From NCBI GenBank assembly GCA_947626965.1, contig CANQUH010000002.1:1-64000 (forward strand): DNA of 64,000 nucleotides. Reading direction: 5' to 3'. Below, piece by piece: positions 28,441-38,760 of this stretch; position 1 is the stretch's first letter, and each line of letters begins with the position of its first letter. The position numbers and the translations under genes were made by a program. The notes below the pieces were generated by a model, which was given only the letters and a program-made list of their open reading frames with translations, did not search any database and was not told where the DNA came from. The DNA comes from an uncultured Lachnospiraceae bacterium. GTDB taxonomy: Bacteria > Bacillota > Clostridia > Lachnospirales > Lachnospiraceae.

Positions 28441-28990
28441 TCTGTCAAACGGAACATGGTTCCCGCACCACATTTCCTTCAAAATCTTTGATCAAAAACA
28501 CTCCATTCTCCAGCACCGCGTAAGTCGGCGGATTCCCTTCCTTCGGAATTGCCACAGAGCCCGGATTCAGAATCAGGATTCCGTCCTTCCTCTACGCCCG
28601 CAGCACATGCGTGTGGCCATGCAGAAGCACATCGCCCGGTTTCATCGGCGGCAGGTGATCCTCATTCCAGACATGACCATGTGTCGCATAGATCACCTTG
28701 TCTCCCTCAAACAGCAGCATGTAATCCGCCAGCACCGGGAAATCCAGCACCATCTGGTCAACCTCCGCCTCGCAGTTGCCGCGAACCGCATAAATCTCAT
28801 TGCTGCGCTCATTCAGCATGCGGATAACCTCTTTCGGGGCGTACTCCCGCGGAAGATCATTTCTCGGCCCATGATACAGCACATCACCGAGAAGCACCAT
28901 GCGCTGCGCTCTTTCCCTCTCATACGCTTCCAGAAGTTTCCTGCAATAATACGCAGAACCATGAATATCAGACGCTATTAAAAGTTTCAT
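28441..28990 (-). pseudogene. YfcE/MJ0936-family metallophosphoesterase interrupted by an in-frame TAG (amber) at 28590-28592. Candidate pseudogene or sequencing error.
   Basis: MKLLIASDIHGS...GHTHVLRA then TAG, then the same frame continues RKDGILILNPGSVAIPKEGNPPTYAVLENGVFLIKDFEGNVVREPCSV, which is the expected family C-terminus. AGGAGG RBS before ATG 28990. Confidence 0.55.
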
Positions 28991-29114
28991 ATTGTACCTC
29001 CTGTTACAGTTCCCGCCCTCTGAATCTTTGATATTCCCGGCAGAATAATCAAGCAGGAGGCGTTTCCCCCTCCTGCTCGTCCGCGCAGTCCGCATGCTGC
29101 GTCAACTTCCTGTT

Positions 29115-30026
29115 TCAGTACTCTGCCTCCATCTCCTTCACTCTCTCGTAAAGGAAATCATTCGCCGGCACATAGATCCCATGCTTCCTGGCGAGTTCGC
29201 GCACGGTTCCCGCGAACATCTCCACCTCGGACGGACGTTTTGCCACCCCATCCTGGCGCATGGACGGCATACCGTCCGGCGAGAGCGTCCCGAGGATATC
29301 AATGTACTCGTTCAGATCTTCTTCCCCGATCGGGATTCCTTCACAGCGGGCAAGGGCAATCACCTCGCGCATCGCGGCGATCATCGTCCGGTTCGGCTCG
29401 CCGGGGATCAGACAGCCGTGGTAGGTTGTCTCGTAGACCATGCAGGTTTGGTTGACGCCGACATTCAGCATGAATTTGCCCCAGAGCCGTCTCATGATAT
29501 CCGCGTCTTTCGTGTAGGGAACGCCGACCCGGTCAAAATACTCGCAGACAGCTTTTACATTTTCTTCCTGGCAGGCTTCTTTTGCGCCGAGACGCAGTTC
29601 GCCTCTTTTTGTGTAAGTGAGCTTGTCCCCGAACTTCATCGCGTCCATTCCCTGCGCCACAGTGTAGACAAGATGCTCTTTTCCGTAGCGGGCCGCAAGA
29701 ATCTCCTCGCTCGTGATGCCGTTCATCACGGACAGAATAATCGTATGTTCTCCCACGCAGTTTTTCATCGTGTCGAGTGCGGAGGGCAGGCTGTTGTACT
29801 TGACCGCCACGATGACAAGATCTGCCGGCTCCGCCTGGCTGTCCGCCACAATCGGCATATGACGCGGCTTCCCGTTTTCATAAAAAGTTTTGTCTTTGTA
29901 TTTTCTGACGCGCTCCTCATCCATCACATAGCACATTCCGTCAGGGCCGGCGCCCTCCAGAATACAGGTCCCAAAGAGCATGCCGAGCGCACCCATTCCT
30001 ATGACTGCTGTCTTTTCTATTTTCAT
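29115..30026 (-). CDS. panE: 2-dehydropantoate 2-reductase (ketopantoate reductase)
   Basis: MKIEKTAVIGMGALGMLFG... ApbA/PanE N- and C-terminal domains. RBS AGGAGA. Confidence 0.85.
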   Translation of the reverse strand: MKIEKTAVIGMGALGMLFGTCILEGAGPDGMCYVMDEERVRKYKDKTFYENGKPRHMPIVADSQAEPADLVIVAVKYNSLPSALDTMKNCVGEHTIILSVMNGITSEEILAARYGKEHLVYTVAQGMDAMKFGDKLTYTKRGELRLGAKEACQEENVKAVCEYFDRVGVPYTKDADIMRRLWGKFMLNVGVNQTCMVYETTYHGCLIPGEPNRTMIAAMREVIALARCEGIPIGEEDLNEYIDILGTLSPDGMPSMRQDGVAKRPSEVEMFAGTVRELARKHGIYVPANDFLYERVKEMEAEY

Positions 30027-30057
30027 CTGTCGTCTCCTATCTGATATAACTGACATC

Positions 30058-30696
30058 CTATGCTTCCGGCATCTCAATCCCGAACCGCACCCACATATGG
30101 TACTCGATAAGCTTCGCGCACTGTTCGTAAGTCAGAAGTTCCGTATTCAGACACAGGTCATAGTTGTACGGATCCTTCCACTCATGTCCTGTGTGATATT
30201 TGTGGTACTCGCTGCGGTACTTGTCCATCCGCTGGACATGGCGCGCCGCATCTTTCTCGGAAATTCCCTGACGCGCCGCCTCCCGGCTGATGCAGCATTC
30301 CCTTGAGGCGTAAACAAATACCCGGAACACGTTCGGCACGTCTTTCAGGACGTAGGTACAGCCGCGTCCGATCCCGACGAAGGATTCCCGCTCCGCAAGC
30401 TCTTTCAGTACCTTTGCCTGATAGTTGAACAGATTCTGATCCGACATGAAATTCCCGCTCTCCGGCGGAATCAGCTCGCCTTTGTAGACTTTCCTTGAGA
30501 CGCGGTACAGCAGGCTGTTCTTCACATGTTCGTCCGCTGTCGCGAACAGTTCCTCGTTGATTCCGCTCTGCTCCGACGCGAGCCGCAGAATTTTTCTGTC
30601 ATACAGATCGATTCCGTAATCATTCGCCAGAATCGTCCCGATTGACGTGGCTCCGCTGCCGCATGTCCTTGTAATCGCAATCACAAAACGCTCCAT
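30058..30696 (-). CDS. Cytidylate kinase-like family protein (AAA_33 type NMP kinase fold)
   Basis: MERFVIAITRTCGSGATSIGTILANDYGIDLYD...; ATG at 30696 with AGGAGGG 8 nt upstream. Confidence 0.6.
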   Translation of the reverse strand: MERFVIAITRTCGSGATSIGTILANDYGIDLYDRKILRLASEQSGINEELFATADEHVKNSLLYRVSRKVYKGELIPPESGNFMSDQNLFNYQAKVLKELAERESFVGIGRGCTYVLKDVPNVFRVFVYASRECCISREAARQGISEKDAARHVQRMDKYRSEYHKYHTGHEWKDPYNYDLCLNTELLTYEQCAKLIEYHMWVRFGIEMPEA

Positions 30697-30847
30697 ACCC
30701 AAACCCTCCTGTTCTCTATTTTCTCAGACTCTCCCACAAGTTCCGGCACAACTTTGAGGATGTTCCTGCAGACATCTTCCAGAAACCACCGAAGGCTTTT
30801 CCAGGTTTTTCACATCCCCCACGCAGCAAAATCAAATACTCCGCAGA

Positions 30848-31786
30848 TCATCTGCAGTGTCCGTCCATCCATTCCTTCAGATACGCAGGCGTCAGTTCCC
30901 CTCCGTTCGCCCCCAGAAACAGCGTACTGCAGGAGGCCCCGGCGCAGGCATAGCGGCAGGCCGCTTCTACATCATCTCCCGCGAGGATCCGGCTGATAAA
31001 CAGAGCGTTCATGCAGTCCCCTGCGCCTGTCGTATCCGCCGGCTGCACCTTGACGGCCGGCACATAACCGCTTCTGCCGCTTTCCCTGGAACTGTAGTAA
31101 CAGCCTTTTTCTCCGCATTTGATAATGACGTGGGCCGTCCCATTTTCATGATAGACTCTGGCGGCTTCCTCCGGCGTCTTTGTCCCGGTCATCCCAAGTA
31201 CGTCGTACAGACTGGGGAGAAAATAATCGATCAGCGGAAGAACCTTCCGGATCCCGTCCAGGCCCAGCCTTTCCTTGTCATAGGCAAGATCTCCCAGCAC
31301 GATCACGCCTTTTTTCTTCATCTCTGTCAGGTATTCAAAAAGACCGTCCTTCTCCAGAAACGGCATCGAAAACAGACTTGCGAGAGAAACCGCGCGGATA
31401 TCTTCGGTCAGCGTACATTCCAGGTCTTCGCGCGTCAGACAGCTGTGCGCGCCTCTGACTGAAAAGGTATGCCGTTCTCCTTTCGCGTCCACCAGCACCA
31501 GAGAAGTTCCCGTGCTCACATCTTTTTTAGGCGCCAGAAATCTGGTGTCCACGCCTCTTTTTACAAGCGCATTTCTCAGGAAATCGCCGTTCTGGTCCTC
31601 TCCGATTCCTCCGACAACTGCCGCATGAAGCCCCAGATCCGCAAGCCGGATGGCCTGATTCACCGCATCGCCCCCGATCCGAATCTGGATATCAGATATT
31701 CTCTGTTTTTCCAGCCAGTCCTCGTTCTTTCCCACCGGCGTCGCCATGATGTCTACCACGTCCATGCCGATACACAGCACATCCAC
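30848..31786 (-). CDS. PfkB-family carbohydrate kinase (ribokinase-like)
   Basis: MDVLCIGMDVVDI...GGDAVNQAI... and C-terminal DTTGAGDCMNA (the PfkB DTxGAGD motif). Confidence 0.8.
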   Translation of the reverse strand: MDVLCIGMDVVDIMATPVGKNEDWLEKQRISDIQIRIGGDAVNQAIRLADLGLHAAVVGGIGEDQNGDFLRNALVKRGVDTRFLAPKKDVSTGTSLVLVDAKGERHTFSVRGAHSCLTREDLECTLTEDIRAVSLASLFSMPFLEKDGLFEYLTEMKKKGVIVLGDLAYDKERLGLDGIRKVLPLIDYFLPSLYDVLGMTGTKTPEEAARVYHENGTAHVIIKCGEKGCYYSSRESGRSGYVPAVKVQPADTTGAGDCMNALFISRILAGDDVEAACRYACAGASCSTLFLGANGGELTPAYLKEWMDGHCR

Positions 31787-31822
31787 AGTCTGGTCACCTT
31801 CCCTTTCCTGTAAACTATTCTC

Positions 31823-32503
31823 TCACACTTCTTCTTTCTTCGCAAGCCGCTGGATGATATATTCCTTCTGCCTCTCCACATGCTGCGTCATGATCTTCAG
31901 AGCCTTCTCCTCATCACCGGCCTCCAGTGCGTTTACAATCTCATCATGCTCCCAGACGAGCTGTGCATGCGACGACTTGTCCTTGAGATATTCCAGACGA
32001 TAACGGTACATCTGCTCCCGCAGATTATTCAGCATCTGCATGAGCCGGCGGTTCCCCGCCATTTTGTAGATAATCTCATGAAAATCCTCGTCCGCCTGCG
32101 CGTACGCGGAAATGTCAGAACCATGCAGAACTCTCCGGAATTCCGCCGCCGCTTTCTGCAGTTTCGCGATCTGTTCGCCGGTATGTTTTCTGCACGCGTG
32201 CTTGACCGCAAGCTCTTCAAGTGCAAGGCGCACCTCCAGCACATCCTCCAGCTCGGATACTGTGATCTCGGCCACGATCGCGCCTTTCCTCGGTATCATG
32301 ATAACCAGCCCTTCCAGCTCAAGCTTGCGGATCGCCTCACGCACCGGCGTGCGGCTCACGCCGAGCTTCTGGGCAAGATGGATCTCCATCAGCCTCTCTC
32401 CCGGTTCCAGTTCTCCCTTCAAAATTGCCTGACGCAGCGTCTGAAAAACAACGTCGCGCAGCGGCAGGTACTCATTCATCTGCAATTGAAATGTGTCTAC
32501 CAT
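31823..32503 (-). CDS. GntR-family transcriptional regulator (FadR/FCD C-terminal domain)
   Basis: GERLMEIHLAQKLGVSRTPVREAIRKLELEGLV is the GntR HTH. Confidence 0.85.
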   Translation of the reverse strand: MVDTFQLQMNEYLPLRDVVFQTLRQAILKGELEPGERLMEIHLAQKLGVSRTPVREAIRKLELEGLVIMIPRKGAIVAEITVSELEDVLEVRLALEELAVKHACRKHTGEQIAKLQKAAAEFRRVLHGSDISAYAQADEDFHEIIYKMAGNRRLMQMLNNLREQMYRYRLEYLKDKSSHAQLVWEHDEIVNALEAGDEEKALKIMTQHVERQKEYIIQRLAKKEEV

Positions 32504-32625
32504 TTTCTCCTCCGTATTCCCTTAATTTATTAATTTTGGTTACAGTCCGCTCCCCCATCGAGCTCGAGATAATTTTCGGACACTTTGTCCGGAAATCCCA
32601 AAAACCTCAAAAAGAAACTGCTCCC

Positions 32626-33498
32626 TCATTCTGCACCCTCAAACCGCGTCAGGATCACTTCACAGTCATCTCCCCGGCTGTGTTTCATCCGCTCATACGC
32701 CTCCCCGGCACGGTCTTCTTCATCAAACAGCCCGAACACCGTCGGACCGCTTCCGCTCATCATTGCACCGACAGCTCCCAAACTCCTCATCTCATCCTTC
32801 AGCTCCCGGATCACCGGATGCACCGGTATCGTAACGGTTTCAAGGACATTTCCCATCAGAGCCGCCATTTTTTTGAGATCTCCATCCCGTATGGCGGCAG
32901 TCTGTCCGTCAATATCCGGATGTTTTTCCAGCCTGTCCGCCTTCAGATTTCCATAGACAAACCCGGTCGAAACTTCAACCGGCGGCTTCGCAAGAAGCAC
33001 ATGGCAGGCCGGCGCGTCCGGAAGTCTGGTCAGCTTCTCCCCGATTCCTTCCGCCAGCGCGGTTCCCATCATAATGCAGTACGGAATATCCGCTCCCAGC
33101 TGCACTCCCCTTTTCTGCAGTTCCTCCATGGAAAGATTCAGTCCGAACAGCCGGCTGACGCCTTTTAAGACCGCCGCCGCGTCGGCGCTTCCTCCCGCAA
33201 GTCCCGCGGCCATTGGAATTTTCTTGTTCAGACTGATCTCCAGCCCCTGCCCGATCCCGAATTCCTCCATCAGCAGGGCTGCTGCCCGGTACGCAAGATT
33301 CCGTTTGTCCGTCGGAAGTCCCGGCGCGTCCGTCCGGATCCGGATCCCCGGCTCCTGCGTCACAGTCAGGCAGATTTCATCGTGCAGGCCAATGCTCTGC
33401 ATCACCATCCGAAGCTCATGGTAGCCGTCCGGACGCTTCGCAAGTACGTCAAGGCCAAGATTAATCTTGGCCTTTGCTTTCAATACAAGTGTTTTCAT
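32626..33498 (-). CDS. ispE: 4-diphosphocytidyl-2-C-methyl-D-erythritol kinase
   Basis: MKTLVLKAKAKINLGLDVLAKRPDGYHEL...PMAAGLAGGSADAAA (GHMP kinase). Start ATG at 33498 with GGGGAGG. Confidence 0.9.
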   Translation of the reverse strand: MKTLVLKAKAKINLGLDVLAKRPDGYHELRMVMQSIGLHDEICLTVTQEPGIRIRTDAPGLPTDKRNLAYRAAALLMEEFGIGQGLEISLNKKIPMAAGLAGGSADAAAVLKGVSRLFGLNLSMEELQKRGVQLGADIPYCIMMGTALAEGIGEKLTRLPDAPACHVLLAKPPVEVSTGFVYGNLKADRLEKHPDIDGQTAAIRDGDLKKMAALMGNVLETVTIPVHPVIRELKDEMRSLGAVGAMMSGSGPTVFGLFDEEDRAGEAYERMKHSRGDDCEVILTRFEGAE

Positions 33499-33648
33499 AG
33501 TCCTCCCCTGTTGTTGTATTTCTTTTGTACTTTGTATACAATCTACTGTTATTTTACAATTTTCCCCTGCATCTGTCAATATCAAACCCATGGTTCTTTA
33601 CTGAAAATTAGCGCGCCGGATGCTGCTGTTTTCGGACATTCCCTCTGC

Positions 33649-35223
33649 TCAGCCCAATGCCATCTGCTGTATGCTCTTCATAAGCACAATGCGGTCTCCC
33701 TTTTTCAGATCCGGAGATTCCAGACCGTTCATTTCAAGAATCTGTTCCGGCGGCAGGCAGTATTCCTTCGCGATATCCCACATGGAATCCCCGTCCTGCA
33801 CGATATACCCGGTGATCCCCGGAATCGCTTCCAGCTTCTTCATGTCATAATCTTTTTCTTCGATTTTCAGTATACAGGTCTGCTTTGCGGGCCTGACCGC
33901 AAATACATTCAGGCTCACAACCGCGCGCACCTCAATCTCCTCGCTGTCGGACATTGTGGCGGAGAGCTGTTCCAGTCCGGCGTTCAGAGTAAACCTGCAG
34001 TTCTGATCCAGATCCTGTATCTCGGCAAGGTGGGAAAACGGAATCACTCCCTCCAGAATCGCAAAGGGCATGGAATCATCCGAAGTAATATAAAGAATGG
34101 AAACCGGTATGGCCCCTTCTACCTGAATCCCATCCTGGACAATCCGGACCTGATCCGTCTTGATGCTTCCGTTGCAGTTGCAGATCTGCAGAATCCTCGG
34201 TTTTGAAGGCTGGATTCTGATCTTCCCTCCGGTTTTGCACTTGGATTCATTGCGCATGATCAGGCTCTCATAGATCTCATCGCTGGCCGTGATCACAAGC
34301 TCCTTATCCGGAGAGAAGACATCCTCCAGGATTTCCGCATCCTCATTCCCATACAGGCGGAGTTCAAGCTCAAGCACTCCCTCCAGATGCAGAATCCGCA
34401 GTTCGCCGTCCGTATCCTCCTTTGCGGTAAGTTCGGCCTGCGAGAGTGACACCTCGATATCCGGCACAAGTTCCTGACTGCATCCGGAACACGGCAGCTT
34501 CCCCTCAAACGGAATCGAATATTCCATCCACTGTGCCGACTCATTCTCGTCCTCCGCTTTGTAGAGGACAAAGAGAAACAGCTTCCCCTGCACTTCAATT
34601 TCCCCGTCAAGCAGCTTCGTCCGACAGCTTCTCAGCTGTACATTCTCCCAGAGAATCTCCCGGATATTCGGCTTGTTCGGCGCGATCGGCACTTCCTCTT
34701 TCAGGCGCAGGATATCCTTATTCTGAACCTGCAGCTGCATCAGTTCCAGTTTCTTTCTCTTTTCGCACGTCCGGATCGAAGTCTGTGTCTCAACTGCGGC
34801 AGACAAATCATAGATCTCATCCGTGGAAACGGCAAAGCTTAAAATACTGCGGACTGCCAGTTTGCGCGAATTAATCATCGACACGTTCAGATCCTCTGTC
34901 TCATGGCGAATCCGGACTGTCTCACCGGCCTCCAGCCCTTCCACCGGAAAGGCTTCCGCAAACGGCAGCCTCATGTCCAGCCGGTGTATCTGCCGTTCTT
35001 TCGTGTTATCCATGTACAGGACTCCCGCCTCCATGGCCCCGTCGACAAACACCTTTCCATTTTCCGCCCGCACGTTTTCCAGAGTCACCCTCTCCTTGCT
35101 CTGGATGATCATCTCCACGTCGGGACGCACATCCGGTACATTAAAATCCTCATCCAGCGTAATCTGTGCATGGGCGTTTCTCACCTGACGGCACATATGA
35201 ATATTTTTCATCAACAAATCCAT
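33649..35223 (-). CDS. SPOCS (DUF3794) domain protein with C-terminal LysM
   Basis: Repeated beta-rich SPOCS-like region. C-terminal GYIVQDGDSMWDIAKEYCLPPEQILEMNGLESPDLKKGDRIVL is a LysM domain. Confidence 0.65.
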   Translation of the reverse strand: MDLLMKNIHMCRQVRNAHAQITLDEDFNVPDVRPDVEMIIQSKERVTLENVRAENGKVFVDGAMEAGVLYMDNTKERQIHRLDMRLPFAEAFPVEGLEAGETVRIRHETEDLNVSMINSRKLAVRSILSFAVSTDEIYDLSAAVETQTSIRTCEKRKKLELMQLQVQNKDILRLKEEVPIAPNKPNIREILWENVQLRSCRTKLLDGEIEVQGKLFLFVLYKAEDENESAQWMEYSIPFEGKLPCSGCSQELVPDIEVSLSQAELTAKEDTDGELRILHLEGVLELELRLYGNEDAEILEDVFSPDKELVITASDEIYESLIMRNESKCKTGGKIRIQPSKPRILQICNCNGSIKTDQVRIVQDGIQVEGAIPVSILYITSDDSMPFAILEGVIPFSHLAEIQDLDQNCRFTLNAGLEQLSATMSDSEEIEVRAVVSLNVFAVRPAKQTCILKIEEKDYDMKKLEAIPGITGYIVQDGDSMWDIAKEYCLPPEQILEMNGLESPDLKKGDRIVLMKSIQQMALG

Positions 35224-35244
35224 ACTTGTTCCCTCCTTTACTTT

Positions 35245-35673
35245 TTACTGTATCCGGACTTCCTTCCCGCGCGCCTCAATCTTGAGTACAATATAAGGAC
35301 AGGATGGTTCTTTTGTGATCTGCTCCTCATTTGCCGGTCCCAGAAGTCTTGTATCCAGAAAGACCTCCGTCTCATCCTCCGTACATTCAACCACGGAAAT
35401 GCTGTATCCGCCCGTTTTCTGCTCCCCGTATCCGCGGATCAGATACTGATCCTCTCCATCTGTATATGACATGCGTATTTCGCCTTGTTTATTCTTCTCA
35501 ATCTCAGCTGCCAGCTCTTCCGGAATCTCCTCCTTTGCCACAACCGTGAATTCCACCTCGCTTCTTGGGTTATCCTCCTGTTTCCTGCCCTGACACCCCG
35601 CGAGGCCAATCAGCGTCACGCACGCCGCCAGACACAGCCAGATCCATTTTTTCACATTTTCCACCTGACTCAC
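35245..35673 (-). CDS. Lipoprotein, PrcB-like
   Basis: Signal peptide with lipobox LIGLAGC. Small beta-rich protein. Confidence 0.5.
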   Translation of the reverse strand: MSQVENVKKWIWLCLAACVTLIGLAGCQGRKQEDNPRSEVEFTVVAKEEIPEELAAEIEKNKQGEIRMSYTDGEDQYLIRGYGEQKTGGYSISVVECTEDETEVFLDTRLLGPANEEQITKEPSCPYIVLKIEARGKEVRIQ

Positions 35674-35910
35674 CGCGCTTTCTTCCTATCATATTGCTGA
35701 AATCATTTTATTATGACTGCGGAAACAATTTTACGTCAACTTTCAGTTGCTATCCTCTTTACTATTCGGTATAATAAACTACGCTGTGATTGTTCACAGT
35801 CAGGCAGCGCTCCCAAAAGGGCAGAATATTTTCCCAAAGAGGTTCCTGTTCTTTTGCGGCGCCTGTGTTTACTTAAACTTAGTAACCTGATCTACTATGA
35901 AGGAGAACCT

Positions 35911-37467
35911 ATGAACACCACAAAAACTACCATCACTACCATGATTCCGGAACCGACGCAGCCCGTCAAACCCGTGCGCGAGCGTTTTTCCGGTATTCTT
36001 GTGCACCCCACCTCGTTTCCATCCCCGTACGGGATCGGCGACCTCGGTCCGGGCGCCTATGACTTTATCGATTTTCTGGAGAAATCCGGCCAGCATCTCT
36101 GGCAGGTACTTCCGCTTGGCCCCACCGGCTTCGGAGATTCCCCCTACCAGGGTTTTTCCGCTTTCGCGGGACAGCCGCTGATCATCAGCCCGGACAAACT
36201 GATCGAGCAGAAGCTGCTGACAAAAGAGGATGTCGCGGACAATCCCGAATGGGATCCTCACAAAGTTGACTATGGCCCCGCCATTCAGTACAAGACGAAG
36301 CTTCTCAAAAAGGCCTGGGCCAATTTTGCGCACACGCCGGACAAGACTATGATCGAGGAATTTGAGGCATACTGTCTGGAAGAGGCCGAATGGCTCGACG
36401 ATTACGCGCTTTTCATGGCATGCAAGGATTATCACCAGGGACGCGCATGGCTTGAATGGGAAGAGGGTCTCGCCGCCCCAAGCTCTGAATTAAAAAATAA
36501 ATGGCGCGGCAAACTTGCCGAATCAATCCGGTACTACTGTTTCCTGCAGTTCCTTTTTGAAAAACAGTGGATGGAGCTGCGAGAGTATGCTCATGAGAAA
36601 GAGATTGAGATCATCGGCGATATCCCGATCTTCGTCTCGCCGGACAGCTGTGATGTCTGGGGGAACCAGAAACTGTTCCAGCTCGACACGACGGGCCACC
36701 CGCTCTGCGTCGCCGGAGTTCCGCCCGATTATTTCAGCGCGACCGGGCAGCTCTGGGGCAATCCGCTCTATGACTGGGATTACCACAAAAAGACCGGATA
36801 TAAATGGTGGATCGCGCGTATCCGCCGCCAGCTGAAATTTACCGATCATCTGCGGATCGACCACTTCCGCGGTTTTGAAGCATACTGGTCTGTCCCCGCA
36901 GGCGAGGAGACCGCCATTAACGGTACCTGGATCAAGGGACCCGGCGAAGATCTGTTCAACGCCATCGAAAAAGAGCTTGGAAAGGATCTTCCGATCATGG
37001 CGGAGGATCTCGGCATCATCACGCCCGAGGTGGAGCTCCTGCGCGACACGCTGGGTTTCCCTGGCATGAAGGTCCTGCAGTTTGGTTTTGAGAATATGAA
37101 GGATGACAACTACATCCCGCACTTCTACAAGACGACGAACTGCATCTGCTACACCGGCACGCACGACAACGACACCACCATGGGATGGTATCGGACGCAG
37201 CCGGAAAAGGTGAAGGACAGGATCCGCCGCTACGGAAATACTTCCGGTGACTATGTGAGTCTCGACTTTATCCGGATCTGCTTCTCCTCGATCGCCCGCT
37301 ACGCAATCTTTCCGATCCAGGATCTTCTGGTTCTCGGAAGCGAGGCAAGGATGAATACGCCGGGCGTCGCCGCCGCCAACTGGTCATTCCGCTACACAGA
37401 GGAAGATCTAACGCCTGACCGCGCAGAGTGGCTTCTCATGACGACAAAATTATTTGGCAGAGATTAA
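35911..37467 (+). CDS. malQ: 4-alpha-glucanotransferase (amylomaltase, GH77)
   Basis: FSGILVHPTSFPSPYGIGDLGPGAYDFIDFL...WQVLPLGPTGFGDSPYQ. Start ATG at 35911 after AAGGAGAA. Confidence 0.9.
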   Translation: MNTTKTTITTMIPEPTQPVKPVRERFSGILVHPTSFPSPYGIGDLGPGAYDFIDFLEKSGQHLWQVLPLGPTGFGDSPYQGFSAFAGQPLIISPDKLIEQKLLTKEDVADNPEWDPHKVDYGPAIQYKTKLLKKAWANFAHTPDKTMIEEFEAYCLEEAEWLDDYALFMACKDYHQGRAWLEWEEGLAAPSSELKNKWRGKLAESIRYYCFLQFLFEKQWMELREYAHEKEIEIIGDIPIFVSPDSCDVWGNQKLFQLDTTGHPLCVAGVPPDYFSATGQLWGNPLYDWDYHKKTGYKWWIARIRRQLKFTDHLRIDHFRGFEAYWSVPAGEETAINGTWIKGPGEDLFNAIEKELGKDLPIMAEDLGIITPEVELLRDTLGFPGMKVLQFGFENMKDDNYIPHFYKTTNCICYTGTHDNDTTMGWYRTQPEKVKDRIRRYGNTSGDYVSLDFIRICFSSIARYAIFPIQDLLVLGSEARMNTPGVAAANWSFRYTEEDLTPDRAEWLLMTTKLFGRD

Positions 37468-37623
37468 TTATCATCGGGCAGGAGACGGCTTTTCCTCCTG
37501 CTCGCCCGCGTGGCCCGTGTGCTGCGTCAGCAGCTGGTTTCCTTACACGGGCCTGCGCATATAACAGAGTTGCCCTGAAATTTTTCGACAACTCTGATTC
37601 ATCCAACAGGAGGAACATCTCTT

Positions 37624-38376
37624 ATGATTCGTTTTATAACAACCGCCGTCTTCCTGTTCTTTTTCCTCGTTCTGTCCATCCCCGTTTTCTTCGTGGAATG
37701 GCTGATCGGAAAGCGCAGTCCCTCTCTGCGGGACATCAGCTCGCTTCGCATCGTCCAGTGGGGATTCCGGCGCTGTATCTGGATCTCCGGCGTGAGGCTG
37801 ACCGTCCTCGGAGAAGAAAACATACCGAAGGATCAGGCTGTCCTCTATATCGGCAACCACCGGAGCTATTATGATATCGTGCTGACTTACGCGCGCTGTC
37901 CGAATCTGACCGGCTACATCGCCAAAAAGGAGATGCTGAAAATTCCTCTGCTCTCCACATGGATGAAATACGTTCACTGTCTCTTCCTTGACCGCTCAGA
38001 TATCCGGGATGGAATGAAAACAATCCTCGCGGCCATCGAAAAGGTAAAAAACGGTATTTCAATCATGATTTTTCCGGAGGGCACACGCAGCACAAGCCCT
38101 TCCGAGCTTGATATGCTGCCGTTTCACGAGGGTTCCTTTAAGATCGCGACCAAGACCGGCTGCCCGATCATTCCGGTCGCCATCACCAATTCGTCAGCCA
38201 TGTTTGAGGAACATCTGCCCCGGGTAAAGCCGGCCGACGTGATCATCGAATACGGCAAACCGATTGAACCGGCAAAAATGCCAAAAGCAGAGCAGAAATT
38301 TATCGGAAAAAAAGTGCAGGAAGAAATGCTGGAAATGCTGAAAAAGAACCGGGAGACGCTGAATGCACGCAGATAA
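37624..38376 (+). CDS. plsC: 1-acyl-sn-glycerol-3-phosphate acyltransferase
   Basis: NHRSYYD (HX4D) and FPEGTRS motifs. N-terminal TM segment. Confidence 0.8.
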   Translation: MIRFITTAVFLFFFLVLSIPVFFVEWLIGKRSPSLRDISSLRIVQWGFRRCIWISGVRLTVLGEENIPKDQAVLYIGNHRSYYDIVLTYARCPNLTGYIAKKEMLKIPLLSTWMKYVHCLFLDRSDIRDGMKTILAAIEKVKNGISIMIFPEGTRSTSPSELDMLPFHEGSFKIATKTGCPIIPVAITNSSAMFEEHLPRVKPADVIIEYGKPIEPAKMPKAEQKFIGKKVQEEMLEMLKKNRETLNARR

Positions 38377-38424
38377 CCGGAAGACAAACGCCGCGGGATC
38401 CTCTCCCGCGGCGTTTGTCTTTTC

Positions 38425-38706
38425 TCAGGAAACACTTTTTGTTTCCTGCTCCACAGCTGCTTTCTCATATTCCGAAAGAATCAGCCCCTGTATCCTCTCC
38501 CGCGTCTCCGAATTGATCGGGTGAGCGATGTCACGGTATTCCCCGTCAGAAGCCTTTCTGCTCGGCATTGCGATGAACAGTCCTTTTTCTCCCTCGATGA
38601 CTTTGATATCATGTACCACAAATTCGTCGTCCAGCGTAATTGAGACGACCGCCTTCATTTTTCCTTCTTTGGTCACTTTTCTGACCCTTACATCCGTTAT
38701 GGTCAT
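38425..38706 (-). CDS. spoVG: Septation protein SpoVG
   Basis: [51 protein letters not shown]. Confidence 0.9.
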   Translation of the reverse strand: MTITDVRVRKVTKEGKMKAVVSITLDDEFVVHDIKVIEGEKGLFIAMPSRKASDGEYRDIAHPINSETRERIQGLILSEYEKAAVEQETKSVS

Positions 38707-38760
38707 ACACATTTTCCCCCGTTTGCCGCACGGCCGGAACCGCGCGGCATGCTACATACC

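Noticed and set aside
28592-29095. ORF-track boundaries for the phosphoesterase (ends at 28592, starts at 29095).
   Set aside because: Translation continues in frame after the TAG with the expected family C-terminus, and the upstream 35 codons lack an RBS. Re-called as 28441-28990 with an internal stop.
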